A stretch of DNA of 64,000 bases, from positions 4,150 to 68,149 of the forward strand of contig PFBV01000001.1 of assembly GCA_002778465.1 (NCBI GenBank). The letters run 5' to 3'. This DNA comes from Candidatus Magasanikbacteria bacterium CG10_big_fil_rev_8_21_14_0_10_36_32. GTDB lineage: Bacteria; Patescibacteriota; Patescibacteriia; Magasanikbacterales; GWA2-37-8. The position numbers and the translations under genes are program-made. Below, piece after piece: positions 47,212 to 57,611 of the stretch. How positions within the stretch are numbered: the first letter of the stretch is position 1; each line of letters opens with the position of its first letter. The notes under the pieces were generated by a model that searched no databases, was not told the DNA's origin, and saw only the letters and a list, made by a program, of their open reading frames with translations.

Positions 47212-48744
47212 TTAAATTAAACGTGGAAATAATGCTTCGGCTTGTCCGATTTTTCTGCCAACTGTCAATTGCACCCAATTTTGCAATTCGGACAGCGGTT
47301 TAGACAATTCTTTTTCAATATCTAAACCGAGTTGTTTAAATATTCTTTCCGCTGTTTCTGGCATTATTGGCCATAACATCACTGCTGAATGACGCAAAGC
47401 TTCAGCTAAATGATACAACAAATCATCTACCTTTTTTTGTTTTCCTTCTTTTGCCATCGCCCACGGTTTTTTGTCGGAAATCATTTCATCACAATAAGTT
47501 AATAATTTCCAAACTATTTCTAAAGCATGATCAAACCTCCACTTAGACATCTCTTCATTATATGCCGGCCAAATTTTATCAGATATTAAACTAATAATTT
47601 CATGATTTATTTCTTCCACTTCAGGAACAGTGTCATTGCAATATTTATTTATCATTACTATAACCCGATTAGTTAGGTTTCCTAATCCATTGGCCAAATC
47701 CGCGTTATATCGTTCTGTAAACTTTGATTCTGAATAATCCCCATCGTTATCAAAAGGAATTTCTCTCATTAAAAAATATCTCACCGCTTCTAACGGAAAT
47801 TTATTGATCAATTCCAACGGATTTACAACATTGCCGATTGATTTGCTCATTTTTTGACCATCAACAGTTATCCAACCGTGCACAGCAATTTGTTTTGGCA
47901 ATTCCAATCCGGCTGACATCAACATAGCTGGCCACAAAAGAGAATGAAAACGATTGATTTCTTTCCCGATAACATGCGTATCAGCTGGCCAGAATTTTTT
48001 AAAAAGTTTATCATTTTTTGAACCATAACCCAAAGCCGTGACATAATTAGTCAAAGCATCAAACCAAACATACATAACTTGATTATCATCATTTGGCACC
48101 GGCACGCCCCATGAAAGTTTATCTTTTGAACGTGAAATACTTATATCCTCCAATTTATTTTTTAAAATGTTAAACATCTCATTATAGCGGCTGGACGGAT
48201 AAACAAAATTTTTATTTTCATTAAACAAAAACTCTAACGGTTCCTGATATTTAGATAGACGAAAAAAATAATTTTCTTCTTCCAATAATTCCGGCTCTTT
48301 ATGATGATCTGGGCATTTTCCATCAACCAAATCTTTATCTGTTTTAAAAGATTCACAGCCGACACAATACATTCCCGAATATTTCTTTTTATAAATATCA
48401 CCATTCTCCATGGCAACTTGCCAAAATTTTTGCGCTCGTTCCAAATGACGTTTTTCAGTTGTTCGGATAAAATCATCATTAGTAATATTCCATTGGTCAG
48501 CTAAATTTTGAAATCCGGCTGATTTTTCAGCGGAAAATTCTTCTACAGAACGACCGGCTTCTTTGGCTGTTTTATACATTTTTTGTCCATGTTCATCAGA
48601 ACCAGTTAAAAAATATACCTCGCGTCCAAGTTGGCGCTGATATCGTGCCATCACATCGGCATAAAGAATTTCTAAAGCATGACCAATATGCGGCTCAGCA
48701 TTAGCATAAGGTATGGCAGTGGTGAGATAATACTTGTCTATCAT
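47212..48744 (-). CDS. metG: Methionine-tRNA ligase
   Basis: HIGH, GSDEHG, YVWFDAL, KMSKS. Confidence 0.97.
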   Translation of the reverse strand: MIDKYYLTTAIPYANAEPHIGHALEILYADVMARYQRQLGREVYFLTGSDEHGQKMYKTAKEAGRSVEEFSAEKSAGFQNLADQWNITNDDFIRTTEKRHLERAQKFWQVAMENGDIYKKKYSGMYCVGCESFKTDKDLVDGKCPDHHKEPELLEEENYFFRLSKYQEPLEFLFNENKNFVYPSSRYNEMFNILKNKLEDISISRSKDKLSWGVPVPNDDNQVMYVWFDALTNYVTALGYGSKNDKLFKKFWPADTHVIGKEINRFHSLLWPAMLMSAGLELPKQIAVHGWITVDGQKMSKSIGNVVNPLELINKFPLEAVRYFLMREIPFDNDGDYSESKFTERYNADLANGLGNLTNRVIVMINKYCNDTVPEVEEINHEIISLISDKIWPAYNEEMSKWRFDHALEIVWKLLTYCDEMISDKKPWAMAKEGKQKKVDDLLYHLAEALRHSAVMLWPIMPETAERIFKQLGLDIEKELSKPLSELQNWVQLTVGRKIGQAEALFPRLI

Positions 48745-48753
48745 AAACTCGGA

Positions 48754-49428
48754 TTAATTTATTATTATTACAAACTCCCCTCTTTCATCTTTCATATTAT
48801 TCATGATTTCGTCAATTTTTCCCCTATAGATAGTCTCAAACATTTTGGTTAGTTCGCGGCAGATGACAATTTTTTTATCCGGTTTCAAAAATTCTTTCAG
48901 TTCGCCAAGACATTTTAAAATCCTATGTCCTGATTCATAAATCACCACAGTTTGTTCGGCGTTGGCTACTTCTTTAAAAAATTTCTGCCGTTTATTTTTA
49001 TGTGGTGGAAAACCCAAAAAAATAAATTTATCAGTTGGAAATCCTGAGATACTCAAAGCGGAAATTAAAGCACATGGCCCGGGAATAGGAGCAACTATCA
49101 CTTCCTTGTCATTTTTAATTAATTGTTCTATTAATAAATTTCCCGGATCACTGATACCTGGCGTACCGGCGTCAGTAATCAGTGCTATATTTTTTCCATT
49201 GTCCAAAAGAGATTCAATTTCTCGCATTTTTTTAGCTTCACTATGATGATGATAACTAATCATCGGTTTATTAATTTTATATTGATCAAGTAATTTTTTT
49301 CCAACCCGTGTATCTTCACTTAATACAAAATCCACGCTTTTTAAAGTTTCCAAAGCGCGTAAAGTAATATCGGCCATATTGCCTATTGGCGTGGCCACAA
49401 TGTATAATTTTCCTTTATTTATAGCCAT
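48754..49428 (-). CDS. rsmI: 16S rRNA C1402 2'-O-methyltransferase
   Basis: LYIVATPIGN, EDTR, DAGTPGISDPG, RELTKMFE, RGEFV; exact start uncertain. Confidence 0.94.
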   Translation of the reverse strand: MAINKGKLYIVATPIGNMADITLRALETLKSVDFVLSEDTRVGKKLLDQYKINKPMISYHHHSEAKKMREIESLLDNGKNIALITDAGTPGISDPGNLLIEQLIKNDKEVIVAPIPGPCALISALSISGFPTDKFIFLGFPPHKNKRQKFFKEVANAEQTVVIYESGHRILKCLGELKEFLKPDKKIVICRELTKMFETIYRGKIDEIMNNMKDERGEFVIIIN

Positions 49429-49627
49429 ATCAACCATATTATTATAACAAAAATGGATATTTAAGGCAAACCTGATAACTATTGACAAAACCCTTAAGGT
49501 GTGCTACAATGGTCTGTTGTGAGATGAAGAATTTTTTTTCATTATGTGAATAGCTCCTAATAATTTGTTCTTTAAAAAAACCAATCCCCTGTCTATCAAC
49601 CTGTTCAAATCCTAACAAGGAGGATGA

Positions 49628-49930
49628 GTGATGAAGAAGAATGTTTTCCCGTGTCTAATGTTTCTGGGAGTCTTGTTTCTTGCAGGCTGTGTCGCCGGCC
49701 CGAATACCGCCGAACATATCGCCGCCTCAAACGGTCATGTCGCGGGTTTCGTACTCGGTTTGTGGCACGGGATGATCGCTCCGGTCACATTCGTGATGTC
49801 ACTTTTCACTGACAATGTGAATTTCTACGAAATTCACAACAACGGCGGCTGGTACAATCTCGGTTTCGTGCTGGGAGCCGGAATTCTTTTCGGCACTTGC
49901 GAAATCACCCACTCGGCACAAAAAAATTAA
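49628..49930 (+). CDS. Putative membrane lipoprotein
   Basis: LAGC lipobox; AGF..GLWHG and N.GGWY.LGF motifs; AAGGAGG RBS; TTGACA-17-TACAAT promoter. Confidence 0.75.
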   Translation: MMKKNVFPCLMFLGVLFLAGCVAGPNTAEHIAASNGHVAGFVLGLWHGMIAPVTFVMSLFTDNVNFYEIHNNGGWYNLGFVLGAGILFGTCEITHSAQKN

Positions 49931-49964
49931 TTGAAATAATTTTTTTCAACAATCAAGTTCTTTT

Positions 49965-50042
49965 GCCCTAAACGGTTTTATCTGTTTAGGGCTTTTTTTA
50001 TTTTATTTAAAAGACCGCCATATTGGCGGTCTTTTAAATAAA
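49965..50042. terminator. Back-to-back terminators between convergent genes
   Basis: GCCCTAAAC/GTTTAGGGC-T run and TTTAAAAGACCGCCA/TGGCGGTCTTTTAAA. Confidence 0.7.
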
Positions 50043-50044
50043 TT

Positions 50045-50224
50045 TTACAAAGTAATCGCTTCAGTCGGACAAGCCTCAGACGCTTGTTTAATTATTTCCT
50101 GACTATCACCTTCCGGATTAATAATTTCAGCCTTGCTTTCATCGCTTAATTTAAAGGTGTTTGGAGCGATAGCGATGCAAGAACCGCAACCAAGACATTT
50201 TTCTTTATCGACTTGTAAAGCCAT
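50045..50224 (-). CDS. Ferredoxin, 59 aa (not in ORF track)
   Basis: MALQVDKEKCLGCGSCIAIAP...EACPTEAITL: CxxCxxC...CP monocluster motif. Confidence 0.92.
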   Translation of the reverse strand: MALQVDKEKCLGCGSCIAIAPNTFKLSDESKAEIINPEGDSQEIIKQASEACPTEAITL

Positions 50225-50233
50225 AAATTTATA

Positions 50234-50911
50234 TTAAGATTTATTAAAATATTTTTCTTTATAAAAATGTAATAATTCTTCAACAGCAATTTTTACTTTT
50301 TCATCACTAATGCCAACTTTTAATTTTTTTTGCAAATCTTCCAGAGTTTCCGCTCCTTCCAATACGGCTTCCTCAATATCGTGATCAGTAATATTCAGTT
50401 TAGTGTCAATCACTTTCGCGCCAGCTGTGATTATTTTATCATGTTGTCCGGTTTTACGAAAGTAATCGTTAATTGCCGCTTGTAAGGCTTTGTCACCAAG
50501 AACTGAGCAATGAATTTTTCTGTCAGGCAAACCGCCTAATCGTTCCATGATATCCTGCGGGGTTATTTTTAACGCCTGTGAAATATTCATTCCGCCTTTT
50601 TCTTTAATCATTTCACTTAAAATTGAAGTAGAGGCAATAGCCGAACCACAACCAAATGTTCGCCAACGGCAATCTTTAATTTTTTCTGTTTTTGTGTCAA
50701 TAATCAACCACAAAACCATTTCGTCACCGCAAGCCGGTGAACCCACTCGTCCGACAGCATTAAATTTAAAAGTTTTTTCTTCTTCATAACGCATAAAATT
50801 CCTCGGGCTGAAAAAATGATCTTTTACAATATCAGAGTAAAGCCAGCCGTCGCCATCGTTGGAACGAACATCAATGGTTTTATTTGATTTTTTAATTATT
50901 TTTTTCGGCAT
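50234..50911 (-). CDS. iscU: IscU/NifU Fe-S scaffold with C-terminal extension
   Basis: HFFSPRN, GSPACGD, TFGCGSA, KIHCSVL. Confidence 0.9.
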   Translation of the reverse strand: MPKKIIKKSNKTIDVRSNDGDGWLYSDIVKDHFFSPRNFMRYEEEKTFKFNAVGRVGSPACGDEMVLWLIIDTKTEKIKDCRWRTFGCGSAIASTSILSEMIKEKGGMNISQALKITPQDIMERLGGLPDRKIHCSVLGDKALQAAINDYFRKTGQHDKIITAGAKVIDTKLNITDHDIEEAVLEGAETLEDLQKKLKVGISDEKVKIAVEELLHFYKEKYFNKS

Positions 50912-50916
50912 AAAAT

Positions 50917-52152
50917 TTATTGTTTATATTTTGCGTGTTTTTCACTGGCTAAATTAATTGGACTTATTTCGCGCAATTGAGTGACAATAACCGGCAAATA
51001 TTTCATTATATAATCAACATCGGCTTTTGAATTATCGTGACCAAAAGTAAATCTCAAACTGCCATGAGCCATCTCATAAGGCAAACCCATTGCCTGCAAA
51101 ACATGTGATGGTTCCAACGAATCAGATGTGCAGGCTGAGCCAGTAGAACACATAATTCCATACTCATCCAAATACAGCAACATAGCTTCACCTTCAATAT
51201 TTTTAAAAGTAACATTTAAATTATTTGGCAAACGATTTTCTCCAATAACCGGACCATTCAACTGAATAGCCGGGACTATTTCCTGAATTTTTTTCCAAAA
51301 ATAAGAAGTCAGCTGGCGAAGGCGGATAGATTCTTTTTCCTTGTCACTTTGAACCAATTCCATGGCTTTTGCCAAACCGACAATGGCTGGAACATTTTCT
51401 GTTCCCGCTCGGCGGCCTTTTTCTTGTCCACCACCTAAAATAATCGGTTTTATGTTTACTCCGCGTCTTAAATACAGAACACCAACACCTTTGGGTCCAT
51501 ACATTTTACTGCCGTTAAAAGTCATTAAATCAACATGTAATTTTTCCACGTCTAAATCCAGATAACCGACCGCCTGACAGGCATCAGTGTGAAAAAACGG
51601 ATATGGCGTATTGTTGAGTTTGCGAAATTTTAAAATTTCTCTTCCAATGTCGGAAATTGGCTGAATACTTCCAACCTCATTATTGGCATACATTATTGTC
51701 ACCAAAATTGTATCCTTACGAATTGCTTTAACTATTGCTTCAACACTAACCACACCTTCTTGATTAACCGGCAAATAAGTAATCTCAAATCCTTCTTTTT
51801 TTAATTCTTCAAGTGGATTTAAAACAGCATGATGTTCAATGGCAATGGAAATAATATGTTTGCCTTTATTACTATGAGCGCGAGCAATTCCAAACAATGC
51901 CAAATTATCAGATTCTGATCCTCCACCGGTAAATATTATATTTTCCGGCAAAGCGTGAATTATGCCGGCAACTTTTTTCCGTGATTCAGCGACTATTTTT
52001 TGCGCTTCTCGCCCAATATTATACAAAGCCGACGGATTACCAAATTGCTCTGTAAAGTACGGTTTCATATAATCAAAAATACGCTTATCCACTGGCGTGG
52101 TGGCGGCATTATCCAAATAAATTTTCCTTATTTTTTTTGGTTTAATCAACAT
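50917..52152 (-). CDS. iscS: Cysteine desulfurase
   Basis: YLDNAATTP, HTDACQ, SKMYGPKG, STGSAC. Confidence 0.94.
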   Translation of the reverse strand: MLIKPKKIRKIYLDNAATTPVDKRIFDYMKPYFTEQFGNPSALYNIGREAQKIVAESRKKVAGIIHALPENIIFTGGGSESDNLALFGIARAHSNKGKHIISIAIEHHAVLNPLEELKKEGFEITYLPVNQEGVVSVEAIVKAIRKDTILVTIMYANNEVGSIQPISDIGREILKFRKLNNTPYPFFHTDACQAVGYLDLDVEKLHVDLMTFNGSKMYGPKGVGVLYLRRGVNIKPIILGGGQEKGRRAGTENVPAIVGLAKAMELVQSDKEKESIRLRQLTSYFWKKIQEIVPAIQLNGPVIGENRLPNNLNVTFKNIEGEAMLLYLDEYGIMCSTGSACTSDSLEPSHVLQAMGLPYEMAHGSLRFTFGHDNSKADVDYIMKYLPVIVTQLREISPINLASEKHAKYKQ

Positions 52153-52173
52153 ATTACATACAAACTCATCCAA

Positions 52174-52575
52174 TTACAAACTGCTCAGTTTGGTTTTTTC
52201 CACCACTTTAATAATTTGATTATTTAATTTTTTCATTTTATTTTGTAAAGCGCATTGATTGCCCTTTTTTACGCAATTGAATTTTTTATCTCCACAGAAA
52301 CACGACAAAATAGCGCAAGGACCTTCAACTGTTTCAATAATATTTTTTAAACTGATTTGTTTAGCCGGCATATTTAACGCATATCCTCCACTAGCTCCTT
52401 GTCCAGCTTTAATTAAACCGCCGATTCGCAATTTGCGGGCAATTTTTTGTAAAAATAAAAATGAAATTCCGGTCATATCAGATAAATCTTTCAAACTCAA
52501 AAATTTTTCTTTGCTTTTTGCCAGAAGTTTCAAAATTTGTATTGCATAATCTGTTTCGCGTCGAATAGTCAACAT
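52174..52575 (-). CDS. Rrf2 family regulator with Cys cluster
   Basis: DYAI, G..GGY.L, EG followed by five Cys. Confidence 0.9.
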   Translation of the reverse strand: MLTIRRETDYAIQILKLLAKSKEKFLSLKDLSDMTGISFLFLQKIARKLRIGGLIKAGQGASGGYALNMPAKQISLKNIIETVEGPCAILSCFCGDKKFNCVKKGNQCALQNKMKKLNNQIIKVVEKTKLSSL

Positions 52576-52576
52576 A

Positions 52577-53176
52577 TTAAAACGGCAAAGTTAAATTAAA
52601 ATTTTTGTTCGGGTGTTGACTGCCCCCCATTAAATTTTGTGGAAAAGAATAATCAATGGCAAATGGCAACACCTCACCTTTTAAAGTTTTATAAAACAAT
52701 TGATTGTTGTCGCGACCGAATTCGTACAATTCTTTAGTCACTTTAACATCTTGTTCACAATATTTTTTAATTTCATCAATCTTCCCTTCTCTCCACCAAC
52801 GTATCGCCTGCAAACCGTCAGCGCTTTTTTGCACATTGTCCAAAGTAGCGCCGGCCACATCACTTAATTTTAACCTGATACCTAAACTTTCTTTAATTTT
52901 TTTCAACAAATCCAAATGCGGAAGTTTTGACAAATCGCCAAGATAATAATTATTTAAAACAGGCAAATCAAAATGTTCACTGTTATAACCGATGATCCTA
53001 TCAGCTTGTTCCAAAATCGGCCAAAATTTAACCAATTCGCTTTCAGTAAAACTTTCGTAAGTATTAGTGTCGTATCTATAAACCGAAACAACAGATATTC
53101 TCAACTTCTTAAAATCATTGTCCACATCGGCGAATGTATTTTGTGTTTCCACGTCAAAAATTACTTCTTTTAGCAT
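52577..53176 (-). CDS. RNase H-like (YprB/DnaQ-like) exonuclease domain protein
   Basis: FDVET, GYNSEHFDLPVL, YCEQDV. Confidence 0.85.
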   Translation of the reverse strand: MLKEVIFDVETQNTFADVDNDFKKLRISVVSVYRYDTNTYESFTESELVKFWPILEQADRIIGYNSEHFDLPVLNNYYLGDLSKLPHLDLLKKIKESLGIRLKLSDVAGATLDNVQKSADGLQAIRWWREGKIDEIKKYCEQDVKVTKELYEFGRDNNQLFYKTLKGEVLPFAIDYSFPQNLMGGSQHPNKNFNLTLPF

Positions 53177-53177
53177 A

Positions 53178-54314
53178 CTAATCTTGTTTAATCATACTAA
53201 TATTGTATGATATTATTTCCAAATTGTCAAGTGTGGATAAATCCAGTTGTTTTTCCAATTCCAACACATCTTGAAGCTTTGATTTGGTTTGTGGATGTTT
53301 CGCCACAAATAAACTGCAACAATCCTCATAAGGACGATTGGAGATATCCAAAGTGCCAAGTTTTCGCGCCAATTTCATAATTTCACTTTTATTCATTCCA
53401 ATCAGCGGCGCTAATTTTAACATGTCAACTGAATCGTAAATAGCGGTTAAATTTTCTAAAGTTTGCGATGCCACCTGCCCCAAACTATCGCCGGTTATTA
53501 AAGCTTGGCAATTTTCTTTTTTAGAAAGTTTTTCCGCGATTCTAAACATTAGCCGGCGAGTAATAATCATTCTGTAATCAGCCGGTATTTTCATTACTAC
53601 CTGACGCTGACATTCAGCAAACGGAGCGATGAATAATTTTATTGACGACTGATATTGCGCCAAAGTTTTGGTTAAATCGATAATTTTTAATGATACCTCA
53701 TCAGTGACCTGAGTTTGATTTTGAAAATGTACAAAAACAACTTCCGCTCCCCTTCTCATCATTTGATAAGCGGCCACAGGTGAATCAATTCCACCGGATA
53801 CAAGACACATTACTTTTCCGGCTGAACCTATCGGCAAACCACTGGCGCCTTCCTGCGGATTAATATAAACAACGGCTTTATCTTTACTTATATCTATATA
53901 TATGTTTAATTCCGGACGAGTTAAATTAACTTTCCAACCATATTTATCAATCAATAAACCACCAAGTTCACGATTTATATTGTCGGAATTAATCGGATAT
54001 TTTTTATACGAACGGCTGGCGGTAATACGAAATTCCCGGACAGATTTATCAAATTCCATTCCACTCAAACATTTTTTAATTTCATCCATTGAATTTCCAA
54101 TTACTTGACAAGGCGCCAACTTGGCAATGCCTGGAATTTTCGACAAACGTTCTAAATCATCATCCTCTAAATTTAAAATAACAAAACCGCCTTCAACTCT
54201 CTGAATAGCGGCTTTAGGAAAAAGTTCGTCTAAATTATCCGCCAAACAGCGAATAAACATCAATTGATTTTTTCCTTTTAAAAAAATTTCATCAAAATGA
54301 GTAATGACATCCAT
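53178..54314 (-). CDS. thiI: tRNA 4-thiouridine synthase (no rhodanese domain)
   Basis: EIFLKGKN, THUMP domain, SGGIDS PP-loop, GQVASQT, EDCC. Confidence 0.94.
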   Translation of the reverse strand: MDVITHFDEIFLKGKNQLMFIRCLADNLDELFPKAAIQRVEGGFVILNLEDDDLERLSKIPGIAKLAPCQVIGNSMDEIKKCLSGMEFDKSVREFRITASRSYKKYPINSDNINRELGGLLIDKYGWKVNLTRPELNIYIDISKDKAVVYINPQEGASGLPIGSAGKVMCLVSGGIDSPVAAYQMMRRGAEVVFVHFQNQTQVTDEVSLKIIDLTKTLAQYQSSIKLFIAPFAECQRQVVMKIPADYRMIITRRLMFRIAEKLSKKENCQALITGDSLGQVASQTLENLTAIYDSVDMLKLAPLIGMNKSEIMKLARKLGTLDISNRPYEDCCSLFVAKHPQTKSKLQDVLELEKQLDLSTLDNLEIISYNISMIKQD

Positions 54315-54966
54315 GTGACTTATCTAAATTTATTCCTTTTTTAACAACAGCATTAAAGTCGTCGTTATATGTGCCGATTATCGGATAAACGCCATCGCAG
54401 TTGCAAAACATAATATCCCCATGGGGATTGAGTGTTAATCTTATCGGACAAGTATAATTGAGACATCTTCTTGAACAAGTCCATTTATCTTTTTTCGCCC
54501 GACCCATTGGAATAATATTATCTTCGCCTTTTAAAGTAAAACCATATTTTTTAGCGTACTTTTCCAAAACCTTACTATCTTGAAATGGTTTGTGAAATTT
54601 AGTTGTACTAATAAATACCTGCAATCTGTTCTTCTGTACAAAATCAATAAATTTTTTTCTCTCCACCTCACCAACAGACCAAGTTCCATTACTTATAGTA
54701 AATTTGATAACATTTTTAGGCACTAAATCAATAAATTTTTGATATCTGTCATAGTCGGATGAAATTTCACCGCCATAAAATCCTACGCTATTAATTTTAT
54801 TAAAATCAATGGTTAAAATAAACTTTTTAGTCTTTTCAATATCTAAAACGATTTTACTTTTCGGAGAGGCCTCATACATGCAATGAGAACAGGCAAGAGT
54901 GCACTTCAGACTTGGCATGAAACTGAAATCCACCAATCTTTCATTTTTTACTTTGATCTTTACCAT
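54292..54966 (-). CDS. Short radical SAM protein with C-terminal Cys cluster
   Basis: CTLACSHC (CxxxCxxC), GGE, SNG; C-terminal CSRRC...C...CNC. Confidence 0.85.
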   Translation of the reverse strand: MVKIKVKNERLVDFSFMPSLKCTLACSHCMYEASPKSKIVLDIEKTKKFILTIDFNKINSVGFYGGEISSDYDRYQKFIDLVPKNVIKFTISNGTWSVGEVERKKFIDFVQKNRLQVFISTTKFHKPFQDSKVLEKYAKKYGFTLKGEDNIIPMGRAKKDKWTCSRRCLNYTCPIRLTLNPHGDIMFCNCDGVYPIIGTYNDDFNAVVKKGINLDKSHGCHYSF

Positions 54967-56211
54967 TTATTTCAATTCTTTAATCAATTTTGATAAAGCG
55001 ATAAATTTCGGTTCGGTGGCGGAACGTTCCTTGAATTCCACCACTTTCTTTTCCAAAGTTTTTGGTGAAACAATCACCCTGTAAGGCATGCCGAGTAAAT
55101 CGGCATCAGCTAATTTTTCGCCAGCCGAAACATTTATCCTGTCATCATACAAAACTTCAATTCCTTCCTTTATCAATTGTTCATAAATTTTATCAGCTTC
55201 TTTGGCAGCTTGTTCTTCTTTTCCCAAAGCGATTAAATGAACTTGGTACGGCGCCACATTTTTCGGCCAAATAATTCCTCTCTCGTCATTATATACTTCC
55301 GCCAAAGTCCCCATAATTCTTGAGGGACCGATTCCGTAACAACCCATCAAAACGGGAATTTCTTTACCCGCTTCATCTGTTACGGTGAAATCAAATGAGG
55401 AAGTAAATTTTGCGCCCAAAATAAAAATATTACCAACCTCAATCGCTTTTTTAGGTATTAAATTTTTATTTCCGCAAGCAGGACAAGTGTGCTGCTCCTT
55501 AATTATTTCTTCATTGACGGCAATACGACATTTTTCACAAAGATAAATAGTGTCTTCACCCATTTCTGATATAGTTTGAAACTCATGGGAATATTTACAA
55601 AAAGTTCCGCCTGACGCATAAGTCATAACAGTTAAATCTCCCAAACCCAGCCTGTCATATATTTTATCATAAACTTTTTGCATTTTTTCATAATAAGAAT
55701 CCAAATCTTCCTGACTGGTATGAAAAGAGTAAAGATCCTTCATTGAAAATTCACGACCACGAAGCAAACCCGATTTAGCGCGCGGTTCGTTGCGAAATTT
55801 ATTTTGAATTTGATAAACAGCTACAGGTAAATCTTGATAAGAAAAAACATGCTTTTGCACCAACGGCGTAACGATTTCCTCGTGAGTCGGATTTAACACT
55901 AATTTTGTTCCACCCTGTCCTTCTGTGCGGAATAAAATATCATTTAACGCTTCATTGCGTCCGGTTTTTATGTAATTATCTTCTTGTGTTAATGCTGGCA
56001 TTAAAATTTCATTGGCGCCGGCCGCATCCAATTCTTGTCGAATAATGTTTTGAATTTTCGTCAACACTCGTAAACCAAGCGGCAAATAATTATAAATGCC
56101 GGAAGTTTGTTTCATAATAAAACCGCCGCGTGTCAATAATTTCGCGTTAGTTGAATCAGCGTCCGCCGGAACGGTTTTACTCGTTTTACCAAACATTTGA
56201 GAAAATTTCAT
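54967..56211 (-). CDS. proS: Proline-tRNA ligase (short, no editing domain)
   Basis: GIYNYLPLG, PTHEE, KFRNEPR, REF.MKD.YSF, MGCYGIG. Confidence 0.96.
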   Translation of the reverse strand: MKFSQMFGKTSKTVPADADSTNAKLLTRGGFIMKQTSGIYNYLPLGLRVLTKIQNIIRQELDAAGANEILMPALTQEDNYIKTGRNEALNDILFRTEGQGGTKLVLNPTHEEIVTPLVQKHVFSYQDLPVAVYQIQNKFRNEPRAKSGLLRGREFSMKDLYSFHTSQEDLDSYYEKMQKVYDKIYDRLGLGDLTVMTYASGGTFCKYSHEFQTISEMGEDTIYLCEKCRIAVNEEIIKEQHTCPACGNKNLIPKKAIEVGNIFILGAKFTSSFDFTVTDEAGKEIPVLMGCYGIGPSRIMGTLAEVYNDERGIIWPKNVAPYQVHLIALGKEEQAAKEADKIYEQLIKEGIEVLYDDRINVSAGEKLADADLLGMPYRVIVSPKTLEKKVVEFKERSATEPKFIALSKLIKELK

Positions 56212-56316
56212 AACAAAAATTATTATAATTATTACACAATTATATCCAAAAAAACCTTTCTTGTCAAAACAAAAATCCCCCAACGCAGAACGTTAGAGGA
56301 TTTTGAAGAGTTGTTT

Positions 56317-56526
56317 TTATTCAGTAACAACAGTAACATTGACGGCGCGAGGACCTTTGTCGGTTTCTTCAACCTCGAAAGACACTTTTGTGCCAATTGT
56401 TAATTGTCCGAAATCAACACCTGTAAGTCCTGTTTCGTGAAAGAATACATCTTTGACACCCTCTTCAGGGGTAATAAAGCCAAAATGCTTCTCAGTCACC
56501 AAACTTTTGATAGTACCTGTTTTCAT
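56317..56526 (-). CDS. Cold-shock domain protein
   Basis: FGFI (RNP1), DVFFH (RNP2), KGPRA.NV. Confidence 0.93.
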   Translation of the reverse strand: MKTGTIKSLVTEKHFGFITPEEGVKDVFFHETGLTGVDFGQLTIGTKVSFEVEETDKGPRAVNVTVVTE

Positions 56527-56715
56527 GTGATAGAAATGTAGTGAGTAAAGATACAAAAGTAGATCATTACGGAAATCCGACTACATTTCCACCTGAAATA
56601 TTTTGTTTGATCATTATAACATATTTTAACAGTTTTGTCAACCCCGCGCCTAAATTAACAAAACCCCACACTTTCGTATGGGGTTGAATTTTTACAAAGA
56701 ACAAAATAAAACTAA

Positions 56716-57330
56716 TCAGACAACCTTCTTCCGACGAAGCACGAGCCAGCCGCAATTCGGTTCAAAATTAATTTCAAGGGCAGTAACAGACACAGCGCGA
56801 ATATTGCCAGACGGAATTGATTTTGTATAAAAACAAGGCGCAAACCAATAACCTGTTTGATGTGGACGTGGAGCGGTAACAATTAGCATATTTTTCAACT
56901 GAGCATCAGGATTATCGGAAATATATTTCATCGCTCGACGGGAACCGTTAAGAAAACAGTAACCCATATCTAACAATTTTTTGTTAGCATCGTAACCGTT
57001 GATTATCTGATCAAAGTAATATTCAACAACTTCCCACTCCAACTCATCAGAAACAACCGATTCCAATGGAAAATTATTCTCATTAAACAAACTATAATCA
57101 ACCCAATCTTGTTTACAAGCGACAAGTAACTTGTCAAACAAATTTCCTTGCGATTTTTCTTTTTCAACTTGATATCTGCGGATATAAACAACGGTCATTA
57201 ATATCCACACCAGCAAAAGAAATATAAAAAATAAAACAGTAGAAATATTAGGTGTGGAAGTCATACAAAGAAAAACAATCGTGGCTGACACTACCGCGAT
57301 GATGCCTATTGAAAAAATAATCTTAACCAA
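56716..57330 (-). CDS. Two-TM hypothetical protein
   Basis: AGGAG RBS before a TTG at 57330; own promoter and boxA-like leader. Confidence 0.6.
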   Translation of the reverse strand: MVKIIFSIGIIAVVSATIVFLCMTSTPNISTVLFFIFLLLVWILMTVVYIRRYQVEKEKSQGNLFDKLLVACKQDWVDYSLFNENNFPLESVVSDELEWEVVEYYFDQIINGYDANKKLLDMGYCFLNGSRRAMKYISDNPDAQLKNMLIVTAPRPHQTGYWFAPCFYTKSIPSGNIRAVSVTALEINFEPNCGWLVLRRKKVV

Positions 57331-57489
57331 GTTTTTTCTCCTTGTTTTGTTTTTTAACAAAATCCATTTATTTTTGTAAAGAACAAAGTAGTTGTAGTGC
57401 ATTTTATCAGTTTTGTCAATCCCCCCTTGATTTTTTTACAGATATCTGTTATACTGTGTTTACAATCTTTAATTCTTTAATTGAACAAT

Positions 57490-57606
57490 ATGAACAGTGC
57501 TTTAAAAGCTCGCATTAAACACGCGAAAAAAAATACTGTTAAAGGCAAAATTGTCGCCAAACATACCGGCAAATTAGCCAAATACATCAAACGACAAGTT
57601 GGTTAA
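57490..57606 (+). CDS. 38-aa basic peptide (not in ORF track)
   Basis: MNSALKARIKHAKKNTVKGKIVAKHTGKLAKYIKRQVG; promoter TTGATT-17-TATACT (57427-57455) and a terminator immediately after. Confidence 0.65.
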   Translation: MNSALKARIKHAKKNTVKGKIVAKHTGKLAKYIKRQVG

Positions 57607-57611
57607 ACAAC

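Noticed and set aside
45622-54966. Radical SAM plus Cys-rich peptide as a RiPP (ranthipeptide-type) cluster
   Set aside because: The genes are about 8.5 kb apart in different operons; the peptide has no leader, the enzyme has no RRE domain, and no transporter or protease is adjacent.
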